Assembly (NCBI GenBank): GCA_035281005.1
Contig: DATEEV010000153.1
Coordinates: forward strand, 1 to 12,426
From: Microthrixaceae bacterium
Lineage (GTDB): Bacteria; Actinomycetota; Acidimicrobiia; Acidimicrobiales; Microtrichaceae
Length of the DNA: 12,426 bases
Reading direction: 5' to 3'
In this document: positions 1-6,828 of the stretch, one piece after another
Position numbering within the stretch: the stretch's first letter is position 1
Layout of the letters: each line of letters starts with the position of its first letter
Made by a program: the position numbers and the translations under genes
Notes under the pieces: model-generated
Database searches by the model: none
Told to the model about the DNA's origin: nothing
What the model saw: only the letters and a program-made list of their open reading frames with translations

Positions 1-939
1 GCCCCCGCGCTCGGCGCCGGTCAGCCGGCCGGGTTCGAGCTCACCTACGACGGTTCGAGCCTGGTCACCCGGGTCGACGGCACCCTCGGCTACGACGCGG
101 GCGCGGGCGCCGGTCCGTCGGTGACGCTGCACCTCGAGTCCGGCCTGCTCGGCCTGAGCGGCACCGTGTGGGTCGCCGACCCCGCAGCCGGCGTGAACGT
201 CTCCGCCACCGGCCAGGTCGTGAGCTTCGGCGCCGACGCCCTGGGCAACGTGATCGGCCGCATCGACGGCGCGTCGCTGTCGATCGTCTTCTCGACCAGC
301 TCGGTCGCGGTCGCCCCCGGCACCGACCCCGCCCTCGAGGCGTTGCTCGCGACCGAGGCCACGTTCTGCCAGGACGCGCAACAGCGGCTCGCCGGCCTGC
401 TCGAGAGCGAGGTCCCACTCGCCTCGATCGCGAACTCCCGCGGCCTGAGCCGCGCCGCGTTCGCCAACGCGAAGTCCGGGCTCGTGCCGCTGGCGACGGT
501 CTCGTGGGCCGACACCACCGACGTGACCACCGAGTCGGGGGACCACGCGACGATCTCGCACCACATCAGCTGCAAGACCCGAGCCGCCGACCACGTCGCG
601 ACGACCGGGGTGACGACGTCAGCGACCGACGCGCCCTGCTCCACGCTGAACCAGCGTTCGATCGACCTGGCGCTCGCGCAGATGACCTTCGCCCAACAGG
701 CCGCCGTGACGCTCCCGACGCTGGTGCCCGACATCGTGCGCACGACGGGCTCGGAGTGGACGACGCCGCTGGCCCCGAGCGTCGAGTACTCGGCGGGACA
801 GCTCCGGGCCCACGCCCTGCTCACCCGCTGGAACGACCCGGCCTTCGAGCTCTTCCCGGACACGATCCGCGGGGTCCACTACTGCACCACCTGGTCGCCC
901 GCGTACGCCTACACGTTCCTCCTTGCCACACTTCCCTGA
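1..939 (+). CDS. Hypothetical protein, 5'-partial (Thr/Ser/Ala-rich, about 4 Cys; possibly exported). It is open to the window start. The stop TGA at 937-939 overlaps the ATG of the next gene.
   Basis: Frame 1 is open from nt 1 to 939. Composition is ordinary, with few W or C. The antisense ORF 90-863 shares the same wobble positions but is richer in W, C and S. The TGATG stop/start overlap with the downstream cupin gene supports this strand. Confidence 0.5.
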   Translation, partial: APALGAGQPAGFELTYDGSSLVTRVDGTLGYDAGAGAGPSVTLHLESGLLGLSGTVWVADPAAGVNVSATGQVVSFGADALGNVIGRIDGASLSIVFSTSSVAVAPGTDPALEALLATEATFCQDAQQRLAGLLESEVPLASIANSRGLSRAAFANAKSGLVPLATVSWADTTDVTTESGDHATISHHISCKTRAADHVATTGVTTSATDAPCSTLNQRSIDLALAQMTFAQQAAVTLPTLVPDIVRTTGSEWTTPLAPSVEYSAGQLRAHALLTRWNDPAFELFPDTIRGVHYCTTWSPAYAYTFLLATLP

Positions 940-1832
940 TGCGCCCTCACGTCGAGATCGTCGATTCCGCCGACCTGATCTGGCACCCCGCCGAGCTCCC
1001 GCTGTCCACGGGCTCGGCGCGCCAGCAGCACCTCGCCTACGACGAGGAGGACGGCTCGCTGTCCGCGAGGGTCCGCTTCGACACGGCCTGGAGCCGGCCG
1101 GCGGGGGTGCACGCGGCCGAGACGGAATGGTTCGTCCTCTCCGGCGAGGTGCGCCTCGGCGATGAGGTCCTGCGAGACGGTGGCTACTGGATGGCGCCGA
1201 CCGGGGTCCTGACGCCGGCGATCGAGGTCACCGAGGGCACCGAGATCCTGTTCTTCCGTGACTACGGCGACTGGAGCTTCGAGCCGGCGCAGGCCGACGC
1301 TCCCACGGTCCGCGACGACCAGGTGCTCGTCGTGGTGCACAGCGCGCAGATGGACTGGGTGCCGGTCGAGGTCGGCAGCCCCATGCGGTTCGACCTGGGC
1401 GGCACGCCGGTGCCGGGCCTGTTCATCAAGATGCTCCACCGCGACGAGACGACCGGCTTCTACACGCGCCTGATCAAGGCGCGCGAGGGCTGGCGCGAGC
1501 ACCCCCTCGCTCACCATCCCGTGTTCGAGGAGGCGTACTGCCTCGAAGGCGGGTTCGAGTACAACTTCGGCACCATGTGGCCGGGCACGTACTTCTTCCG
1601 GCCACCGCTGATCCGCCACGGCGACTTCACCGCCGCGCCCGAGTCGGGGTGCACCTGGATCGTGCGCTGCGACGGCGACCTGGTCGACTGGTACACCGAC
1701 GATGCCCGCATCGAGATGCACGGCACCCCGACCAACTGGGGGCCCGACCTGCCGCACACGATCGCACCCGTGCTGCCCCAGCCGGTCCGGTCACGCTCGA
1801 TCGGCGACATGCCCGACCGCGCCTACCAGTGA
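939..1832 (+). CDS. Cupin-fold protein with two cupin-like halves (ChrR/anti-sigma-like cupin). 297 aa from ATG 939 (MRPHVEIVDS...).
   Basis: The 168-1832 ORF has an Arg-rich N-terminus of poor quality. The protein-like part starts at ATG 939, in frame and overlapping the upstream stop by one nucleotide. Cupin-like motifs include ETEWFVLSGEVRLGDE..GGYWMAPTGV and PVFEEAYCLEGGFEY. The antisense ORF 909-1757 is a typical R/H/G-rich shadow. Confidence 0.7.
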   Translation: MRPHVEIVDSADLIWHPAELPLSTGSARQQHLAYDEEDGSLSARVRFDTAWSRPAGVHAAETEWFVLSGEVRLGDEVLRDGGYWMAPTGVLTPAIEVTEGTEILFFRDYGDWSFEPAQADAPTVRDDQVLVVVHSAQMDWVPVEVGSPMRFDLGGTPVPGLFIKMLHRDETTGFYTRLIKAREGWREHPLAHHPVFEEAYCLEGGFEYNFGTMWPGTYFFRPPLIRHGDFTAAPESGCTWIVRCDGDLVDWYTDDARIEMHGTPTNWGPDLPHTIAPVLPQPVRSRSIGDMPDRAYQ

Positions 1833-1847
1833 CCGACGCCCGGCGAT

Positions 1848-3704
1848 TCAGAGGTTCGTGCACACCGCCGCGGAGTTGACCGGGTCGCCGTCGAAGCGGT
1901 CGAGCAACCATGACGACGTCTCGGCCACGGTCTCCGAGGCCGCACCGCCGTGCCCGGCGTCGGGGTCGTTCAACAACTCGACGTCGGAGCCCGCCGCGCA
2001 CATCGCGGCCACGTTGGCCCGCGTCGTGTGCGGTTCGGTCGTCCCGCTCGGTCCGGTCGGGAAGAGGCTGTCGAGGCCGCCCGTGGTGATGAGCAACGGG
2101 CCCTCGATCGGCGCGTCGATCACGCTCTGGTCTTCGAGCACCGATCGAATCCCGTTCCACACGGGCGAGTCGGGGTCGGTGTAGGCCCCGGTGAACATCA
2201 TCGGCAGGCCGGGCTGCCAGATCCCCGCCGGATAGTTCAGCGGCCCGTTGTTGTAGCCGCCCGCGTAGTTGTAGAGCACGCCGCCCGGCGCGCCGTTGGT
2301 GGCCCACCCGCATCCCACGACCACCCGGTCCTCCCGGGGAATGGACCATGCGGAGTGCTTCCAGTCGAGGTCGTTGAACTCGTTGATCATCTGGTTCTTG
2401 TTCGGCGTGATCAGCGGCACCGACCCGGAGGGCATGGCCGACGGGCCGCTCGTGTACATGTTGTAGAAGGCGTTCCACCCGAGCGGGTCACCGCTGTTCA
2501 TCAGCGACGGGCCGACCGGGTTGAGCGACAGGTTGTTGAGCCGGATCGACTCCTGCGAGTTGTACAGATAGAAGCGGTTGAGCATCGTGCCGAGGTCGGG
2601 GAAGCCCGCGACGTCGGTGGACAGGCCCCAGAGGAGATGCGCACCGAGCGTCATCACGCTGGGCGAGTCGGGCGCGACCGCCCCGTCAGCCGGCCGCGGG
2701 TCGATGCCGCCGGCCTCGCCGGTCACCGCGTCGAGCCAGTAGTCGAAGCTCGCCTGGGGGTTCAGCGCCGGTGCCATCCCGATCGCGCCGACGAGATCGG
2801 TGCCGGCACCGTAGGTCGGCGCGAGCTTCGCCGCGGCGAGCGCGGCATGGCCGCCCTGAGAGTGACCCACCACCCCCCAGGTGAGGCTTGCCCCCACCGC
2901 CGACACCGCGCGCACGGCGTCGATCACGGTTCGGCCCGTCGTGTCGCGGGACAGGTACGGGTTGGAGTTGCCGGCCCAGTTCGGGCCGATCCCGATGTAG
3001 TACGGCGCCTGGACGACCTTGCCCTCCGCGAGGAACTCCGCAGCCAGGTCGGGCACGGCGACGGCCTCCGTCGAGCGGAGGGCCTCGATGAATTTCGCCG
3101 AGTAGGTGGCGTCGAGCGCCTGGTCGCAGGTGCTGTTGATGCCGGCGGTGCCGTGCGTGTACACGGCCTGGTCGGGCGACTGGCCCGAGATGACCGCGCT
3201 GGCTCGCATCGCCATCAGCGTCATCGCGTAGGCCTTCACACCGTTTGCGGTCTCGGTCACGTAGACGACCTGCGCGGCGATGCTGTTCTCGGGGTCGAAC
3301 GGTGACGGGACGACCGGTCGAACCTTGACCACCGAGCCGTTCACGGCGCCCCCGGGAGGGCTCACGCCGAGTGATGCCTCGATGTCGTTCTTGCAGATGT
3401 CGAGCAGGCTCGATGCGTGCAGCTCGGCGCTGAGGATCTCCCACGCCTGGCGCAGGTGGGCACGGTTCGCGGTCAGGCTCACCGAATCCCCGGTCCGGAT
3501 GATGAACTCGGGCAGGTTCGAGGGACACCCGTTGGGTCCGCCACCCGCGCCGGTGCCCGTGGTCGTCGCGCAACCGGCGAACACGAGCGCGACGACGAGG
3601 GCCGCCGCGATCAGTCCGCGGTGTCGCCTTCTACCGCTGTCGCGCCCAGCAGTGGCCGTGGCCACCTTCAGCACGACGCGCTCGCCCGCGCCGTCGTTGT
3701 GCAT
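1848..3704 (-). CDS. Secreted lipase of the LIP family (Pfam 'Secretory lipase'-like), a predicted lipoprotein. Catalytic serine motif is GHSQGG.
   Basis: The ORF is open to 3758. A better start is ATG at 3704 (MHNDGAGE...), with GGAG 7 nt upstream. An alternative is GTG about 15 codons further in. It has an N-terminal basic/hydrophobic signal (RRRHRGLIAAALVVALVFAGC) ending in a lipobox-like FAGC. The GHSQGG nucleophile elbow and a conserved YxxxxGxxxGP..W region are present. The 451-aa antisense ORF 1950-3305 is an R/G/V-rich shadow. Confidence 0.8.
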   Translation of the reverse strand: MHNDGAGERVVLKVATATAGRDSGRRRHRGLIAAALVVALVFAGCATTTGTGAGGGPNGCPSNLPEFIIRTGDSVSLTANRAHLRQAWEILSAELHASSLLDICKNDIEASLGVSPPGGAVNGSVVKVRPVVPSPFDPENSIAAQVVYVTETANGVKAYAMTLMAMRASAVISGQSPDQAVYTHGTAGINSTCDQALDATYSAKFIEALRSTEAVAVPDLAAEFLAEGKVVQAPYYIGIGPNWAGNSNPYLSRDTTGRTVIDAVRAVSAVGASLTWGVVGHSQGGHAALAAAKLAPTYGAGTDLVGAIGMAPALNPQASFDYWLDAVTGEAGGIDPRPADGAVAPDSPSVMTLGAHLLWGLSTDVAGFPDLGTMLNRFYLYNSQESIRLNNLSLNPVGPSLMNSGDPLGWNAFYNMYTSGPSAMPSGSVPLITPNKNQMINEFNDLDWKHSAWSIPREDRVVVGCGWATNGAPGGVLYNYAGGYNNGPLNYPAGIWQPGLPMMFTGAYTDPDSPVWNGIRSVLEDQSVIDAPIEGPLLITTGGLDSLFPTGPSGTTEPHTTRANVAAMCAAGSDVELLNDPDAGHGGAASETVAETSSWLLDRFDGDPVNSAAVCTNL

Positions 3705-3784
3705 TCGCCCGCTCCATCTCAGCTCCCTCGGCGAACGTATCAGTGCAACGACAGACACACCTCATGACCACCACCGCACGGGCC

Positions 3785-4297
3785 TCAACGGATGAGGGCG
3801 CGCGTCAGTGGCGGGCCGGCCTCACCCATCCAGGCATCGATCAGCGCGTCGGGCGCGTCGATGTCGTCGCCGGCGATGTAGAGGCCCGGCGCCGGGAGGC
3901 TGGCGCCGATCTCGGCCAGCACGGGGGTGAGGTGCAGGTTGACCGCCAGCGAGTGGTGGTAGGAGCCGCCCGTCATCAACGCGACGGTGGGCAGGCCGTC
4001 CAGCTCACCGTGGCCGAACTGGTCGAGAAAGAGCTTCACCAGGCCGGTGAAGGACGCCTTGTACGTCGGGCTCGCGACGACCAGCGCCCGCGCCGCGAGC
4101 ACCGAGGCCTTGGCGTCGCGGACCTGATCGCTTCCCCACTCGAGCAGGGCCGGACCGAGCTCGGCCAGGTCGATGGTGTCGACCGAGACGTCCGTTCCGG
4201 CGATCCGCGCCAGGTGAGCGCCGACACGTTCGGCCACGGACCGCGTCCGCGAGGCCCGTTGCGGATTGCCCACGACCACGACGATCGATTCGCTCAC
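3785..4297 (-). CDS. NADPH-dependent FMN reductase family protein (SsuE/MsuE-like flavin reductase), about 170 aa, GTG start.
   Basis: The ORF 3785-4645 begins with translated repeat DNA. The protein-like part starts at GTG (4297), with GAGGGAG 5 nt upstream (VSESIVVVVGNPQRASRTRS...). Family motifs are LVVASPTYKASFTGLVKLFLD and a Gly-rich N-terminal loop. It is the right length for this family. Confidence 0.75.
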   Translation of the reverse strand: MSESIVVVVGNPQRASRTRSVAERVGAHLARIAGTDVSVDTIDLAELGPALLEWGSDQVRDAKASVLAARALVVASPTYKASFTGLVKLFLDQFGHGELDGLPTVALMTGGSYHHSLAVNLHLTPVLAEIGASLPAPGLYIAGDDIDAPDALIDAWMGEAGPPLTRALIR

Positions 4298-4301
4298 GGC
4301 A

Positions 4302-4371
4302 GCTCCCTCGGTGCTGGTCCCTCGAGGCAGGTCCCTCGAGGGAGGTCCCTCGATGCTCGTCCCTCGTCGGC
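4302..4371. repeat. Phased tandem repeat of 5 x 14 bp. The core TCCCTCG starts at 4304, 4318, 4332, 4346 and 4360 (units gcTCCCTCGgtgct / ggTCCCTCGaggca / ggTCCCTCGaggga / ggTCCCTCGatgct / cgTCCCTCGtcggc).
   Basis: Direct reading of the sequence shows an exact 14-nt period. On the minus strand each unit reads CGAGGGA, a Shine-Dalgarno-like sequence. Unit 1 is the functional SD of the FMN reductase GTG start. The array lies in the divergent intergenic region 4298-4432. Confidence 0.8.
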
Positions 4372-4432
4372 TGGTTGCTAGCACGTCGACCCGTACGCTC
4401 GGGGCCGACGGACCGAAACGGGAGGTCGCGCG

Positions 4433-4699
4433 ATGCCTCACAAGCTCGGACACACCTTCGACCATTTCGCCAGTCGAACGGCGCGGGTCGCGGGAAGCGC
4501 CTATGCCTTCCAGCACTCGTCGAACAAGGATTCCGAGGCCATCCAGGTGAAGCTCGACGAGATCATCGCGGCGACCAGGGGAGCCAGCAACCGGCTGATC
4601 GCGATCGAGCACCGCGAGGACGATGAGCTCGAGGCCCTCGAGCAACGGTTCGAGCGCCTCGCTCGGCGAGCCAAGCCGTGCCCCCGGAACGACGCATGA
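4433..4699 (+). CDS. Low-affinity iron permease (Fet4-like, PF04120)-related small protein that lacks the central transmembrane core. 88 aa; either a soluble remnant or an in-frame deletion derivative.
   Basis: The ATG at 4433 is preceded by GGGAGG (8 nt). The N-terminus FDHFASRTARVAGSAYAF matches the family N-terminal motif (FxRFAxxxAxxxGSxxAF). The C-terminus QHSSNKDSEAIQVKLDEIIAATRGASNRLIAIE...ELEALEQRFERLARRA matches the family C-terminal motif (QNxQNxDxxAIxLKLDELIRAxxxAxNxLxxLE..EELE). The roughly 45-aa, two-helix membrane segment normally between them is absent. The family assignment is from memory of the motif. Confidence 0.6.
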   Translation: MPHKLGHTFDHFASRTARVAGSAYAFQHSSNKDSEAIQVKLDEIIAATRGASNRLIAIEHREDDELEALEQRFERLARRAKPCPRNDA

Positions 4700-5619
4700 A
4701 CGCGGCGGGAGATCACCCCGACGAGCGCGTGGTCGAGGAGATCTACGAGGCGATGGCGAGTCGAGCCTTCGACCGGCTCTTCGAGCTCGTGCACGAGGAC
4801 GTGGTGATCACTCAGGACCCGGCACTGCCGTGGGGCGGCCGCTTCGAGGGCCACGACGGCCTGGCCACCTTCGCGCTGGGCCTCACCGGCACCATCGAGT
4901 CGCAGGTCACCACCCAGGCGATCGCCCGCGAGGGCCGCCCCGACGAACCAGGCGACGTCGTGCAATGCGGCCACACCCGGGGCACCGTCGTCGCGACCGG
5001 GGTCCCGTTCGACGTCGCCGAGATCCACCGTTGGACGATCCGCGACGGTCGCGCCGTCCGCGCCCACTTCACCATCGAGACGGCGGCCATGCTCACGGCG
5101 CTCGGCGCCGAGGCCGAGACCTGTCCCGTCTGCGGTTTCGTGTGGTCGGCGGTGGCCCGCGAGGAGGTGGGAGCGCGGGTCGTCGCAGCGACTCGAGCCG
5201 TCGCCGACGAGCTGCGTTCACACTCCGACGACGCCGTTGCGCGCCGACCGGAGCCAACCCGCTGGTCGGCGCTCGAGTACGCCGCCCACATGCGAGACGC
5301 GCTCTATCACCTTCGCGACCGCTTCGTCATCGGCCTGGCCGAGGACGCCGCCACCTTCAAGCCGCTCTACCGCGACCTGCGGGTCGAGCTGGGGCTCTAC
5401 CGCGATGATCGACGGGAGGTCGTCGCGACCGAGCTCGAGCTCGCCGCCGACCTGTTCGCGCGGACCTTCGCCGTCCTCGACGACGCCCAGCTCGCGCGCC
5501 CGATCCTGTACACATATCCGGCCGAACAGGTCCGCACGTTGTTATGGATGGGCCAGCACGTGGTGCACGAGCTGGAGCACCATCGCGGCGACGTCGAGGC
5601 CGGCCTTCGGGCCGGCTGA
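4696..5619 (+). CDS. Two-domain protein. N-terminal SnoaL/NTF2-like (ketosteroid-isomerase-like) domain fused to a C-terminal DinB_2/mycothiol-maleylpyruvate-isomerase-N-like metal-binding domain, with a CPVCG Cys pair and a HELEHH motif.
   Basis: ATG 4696 overlaps the upstream TGA (ATGA). An in-frame GTG at 4678 is an alternative start. The first half has the alternating beta-strand pattern typical of SnoaL-like proteins (VVEEIYEAM...VHEDVVITQDP...WTIRDGRAVRAHFTIE). The second half has a DinB-like four-helix pattern with conserved His residues (YAAHMRDALYHL; HVVHELEHHRGD). Confidence 0.7.
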   Translation: MNAAGDHPDERVVEEIYEAMASRAFDRLFELVHEDVVITQDPALPWGGRFEGHDGLATFALGLTGTIESQVTTQAIAREGRPDEPGDVVQCGHTRGTVVATGVPFDVAEIHRWTIRDGRAVRAHFTIETAAMLTALGAEAETCPVCGFVWSAVAREEVGARVVAATRAVADELRSHSDDAVARRPEPTRWSALEYAAHMRDALYHLRDRFVIGLAEDAATFKPLYRDLRVELGLYRDDRREVVATELELAADLFARTFAVLDDAQLARPILYTYPAEQVRTLLWMGQHVVHELEHHRGDVEAGLRAG

Positions 5620-5629
5620 AGCTCAGCCG
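5599..5629. terminator. Two stacked GC hairpins at the convergent junction of genes 4696-5619(+) and 5623-5931(-). GCCGGCC-ttcg-GGCCGGC (5599-5616, UUCG-type tetraloop) and CGGCTGA-agc-TCAGCCG (5613-5629), the latter containing both stop codons.
   Basis: The inverted repeats were read directly. There is no U-tract, which is common for actinobacterial I-shaped terminators. A candidate bidirectional terminator or mRNA 3'-end stabiliser. Confidence 0.3.
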
Positions 5630-5931
5630 AGGATCTTGGCCTTCTGGGCCGCGAACTCCTCGTCGGTGAGCACCCCTGCCGCGTGGAGCTCACCGAGCTT
5701 GGTGAGCTGGTCGAGCACGTCGTCGCCACCACCGCTCGGGGCGGGAGCGGGAACCGGCGCAGGCGCCTGCTGGGCCATGTCCTGGTAGTAGGCCTGGTTG
5801 CGGTTCGCCATCGTCTGGGCGTCCTGCTCGGCAAACTTGCCAGCCTGGCGGCGAGCCACCCGTCCGCTGACCGCAGTGGCGGTGCCGGCGATGACGGCCG
5901 TCCGGGCCATCCCTCGCATGAGTCCTGGCAT
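5623..5931 (-). CDS. SHOCT-domain protein (C-terminal DDVLDQLTKLGELHAAGVLTDEEFAAQKAKIL), with an Ala/Gly-rich N-terminus and a Pro/Ala linker.
   Basis: ATG at 5931 has GAGAGGA 10 nt upstream, overlapping the stop of the preceding gene. The SHOCT motif was recognised by eye. Confidence 0.75.
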   Translation of the reverse strand: MPGLMRGMARTAVIAGTATAVSGRVARRQAGKFAEQDAQTMANRNQAYYQDMAQQAPAPVPAPAPSGGGDDVLDQLTKLGELHAAGVLTDEEFAAQKAKILG

Positions 5932-5944
5932 GTGCTTCGTCCTC

Positions 5945-6388
5945 TCAGTTGTCGAGCGCTTCGAGCGCGTCGAGCGTATCCATGATGTCCTGCCCCGGGA
6001 TCCGCAGGCTCGCGACGAGTTGGCCGCCGGCCTTGCGCGCCCCGGCCACGAAGGGGATCGCCCATGCGTTCTCGTAGACGATCAGCACGGCGACCGTTCC
6101 CGGCGCGATGGCATCGGCTGCCTCGGTGAGCTCATCGTCGCCGAGCAGACCCGATCGCGCACCGGCGAATGCCGCGAAGCCACCGACGGAATCGGGCTCG
6201 AGGTCGGTGATGTCGACGCCCGAGAACGTGCCATCCTCGTCCTTGCGGATGATGAGGAGGTCGTACAGCCGGATCACCCCACGTTCGATCAGGTCGAGCA
6301 GCGCCTCGGCCGCGTCAGCGCCCTTGCCGTTGCCCGGGAACTCGATCAGCACGGCGTCGATCGGCCCGTGCACCTCGATGTCACTCAT
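5945..6388 (-). CDS. Conserved hypothetical protein, 147 aa, acidic, no TM. N-terminal motif is GPIDAVLIEFPGNGKG. It resembles the actinobacterial DUF6325-type family (identifier from memory, unverified).
   Basis: ATG at 6388 has AAGGGAAG upstream. It sits 13 nt from the downstream SHOCT gene and 28 nt after the lipoprotein gene. Its helical, acidic composition supports this over the antisense frame. Confidence 0.65.
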   Translation of the reverse strand: MSDIEVHGPIDAVLIEFPGNGKGADAAEALLDLIERGVIRLYDLLIIRKDEDGTFSGVDITDLEPDSVGGFAAFAGARSGLLGDDELTEAADAIAPGTVAVLIVYENAWAIPFVAGARKAGGQLVASLRIPGQDIMDTLDALEALDN

Positions 6389-6416
6389 CTTCTTCCCTTC
6401 ACAGTTGCCCGTCAGA

Positions 6417-6827
6417 TCAGTCGTCGCCCGTGGTGCAGTCTGCCAGGCCCTGGAGCAAACCGTCCCAGGCGGCCTGCGAAACCTCGTCGACGTCCTCGCG
6501 AATGCTCTGCGCGCTGCGCTGGAGCACCGCGACGTCCTGTTGTAGCAGTTCGTCGTTGCCCTGTACCGAGTGCTCGGCGTAGTCGGCGAGGTTGTTGTCG
6601 ATGTCAGCGCGATCCTCGGCAGTGAACATGGCGTACTTTCCGGCGAGGTCGTCGAGTTGCTCGTCGACGTCCTCGAGGGCCTCCTCGCGGTCCTCCGGCG
6701 ACTCGGCCTCGCGCACGTCGCAGAGCGCTTCGCCGAGTTTCTTGCCGTCGCGCTCTGCGCTGTACTTCTGGCTGCAGCCGCTCGCCACGAGCACCAAGGC
6801 CGCTGTGATCAACACGAGTCGCTTCAT
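6417..6827 (-). CDS. Small, very acidic predicted lipoprotein. Signal peptide MKRLVLITAALVLVASG|C with lipobox LVASGC; the mature form is helical, D/E-rich, with two further Cys.
   Basis: ATG at 6827 has GAGAGAGGAAAG upstream. Only 1 nt separates it from the hdeD-like stop (TGAcATG). Confidence 0.7.
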   Translation of the reverse strand: MKRLVLITAALVLVASGCSQKYSAERDGKKLGEALCDVREAESPEDREEALEDVDEQLDDLAGKYAMFTAEDRADIDNNLADYAEHSVQGNDELLQQDVAVLQRSAQSIREDVDEVSQAAWDGLLQGLADCTTGDD

Positions 6828-6828
6828 G

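Noticed and set aside
168-938. N-terminal 257 codons of the 554-aa ORF 168-1832
   Set aside because: This portion is Arg/Pro-rich nonsense (MGRRPRSRRERLRHRPGRELRRRR...). The real cupin gene begins at the in-frame ATG 939 that overlaps the stop of the frame-1 gene.
1950-3305. 451-aa + strand ORF antisense to the lipase gene
   Set aside because: The translation is R/G/V/H-rich with no domain-like pattern. It shares wobble positions with the lipase frame, a classic high-GC shadow ORF. The lipase frame carries a clear GHSQGG motif and a signal peptide.
4372-4399. Possible sigma-70-like promoter (TGGTTG / TTGCTA ... TACGCT) for the + strand pair
   Set aside because: The -10 TACGCT fits TANNNT, but the -35 spacing is poor (13 or 16 nt depending on choice). 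Actinobacterial -35 regions are weakly conserved, so I cannot support it from sequence alone.
3785-4645. Full-length 286-aa version of the FMN reductase ORF (TTG at 4645)
   Set aside because: The upstream 116 codons translate the 14-bp tandem repeat and intergenic DNA (…GTSIEGPPSRDLPRGTSTEG…). A GTG with a good SD at 4297 gives a canonical-length flavin reductase.
4623-5408. 261-aa Arg/Gly-rich + ORF and 4812-5291 minus ORF overlapping the SnoaL-DinB gene
   Set aside because: Both are low-complexity alternative-frame products. The chosen frame has ordinary globular composition and recognisable motifs.
5397-6065. 222-aa minus ORF spanning the SHOCT gene and parts of both neighbours
   Set aside because: It crosses two well-supported gene boundaries. 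Its composition is Arg/Pro/Ser-rich. It is a wrong-frame artefact.
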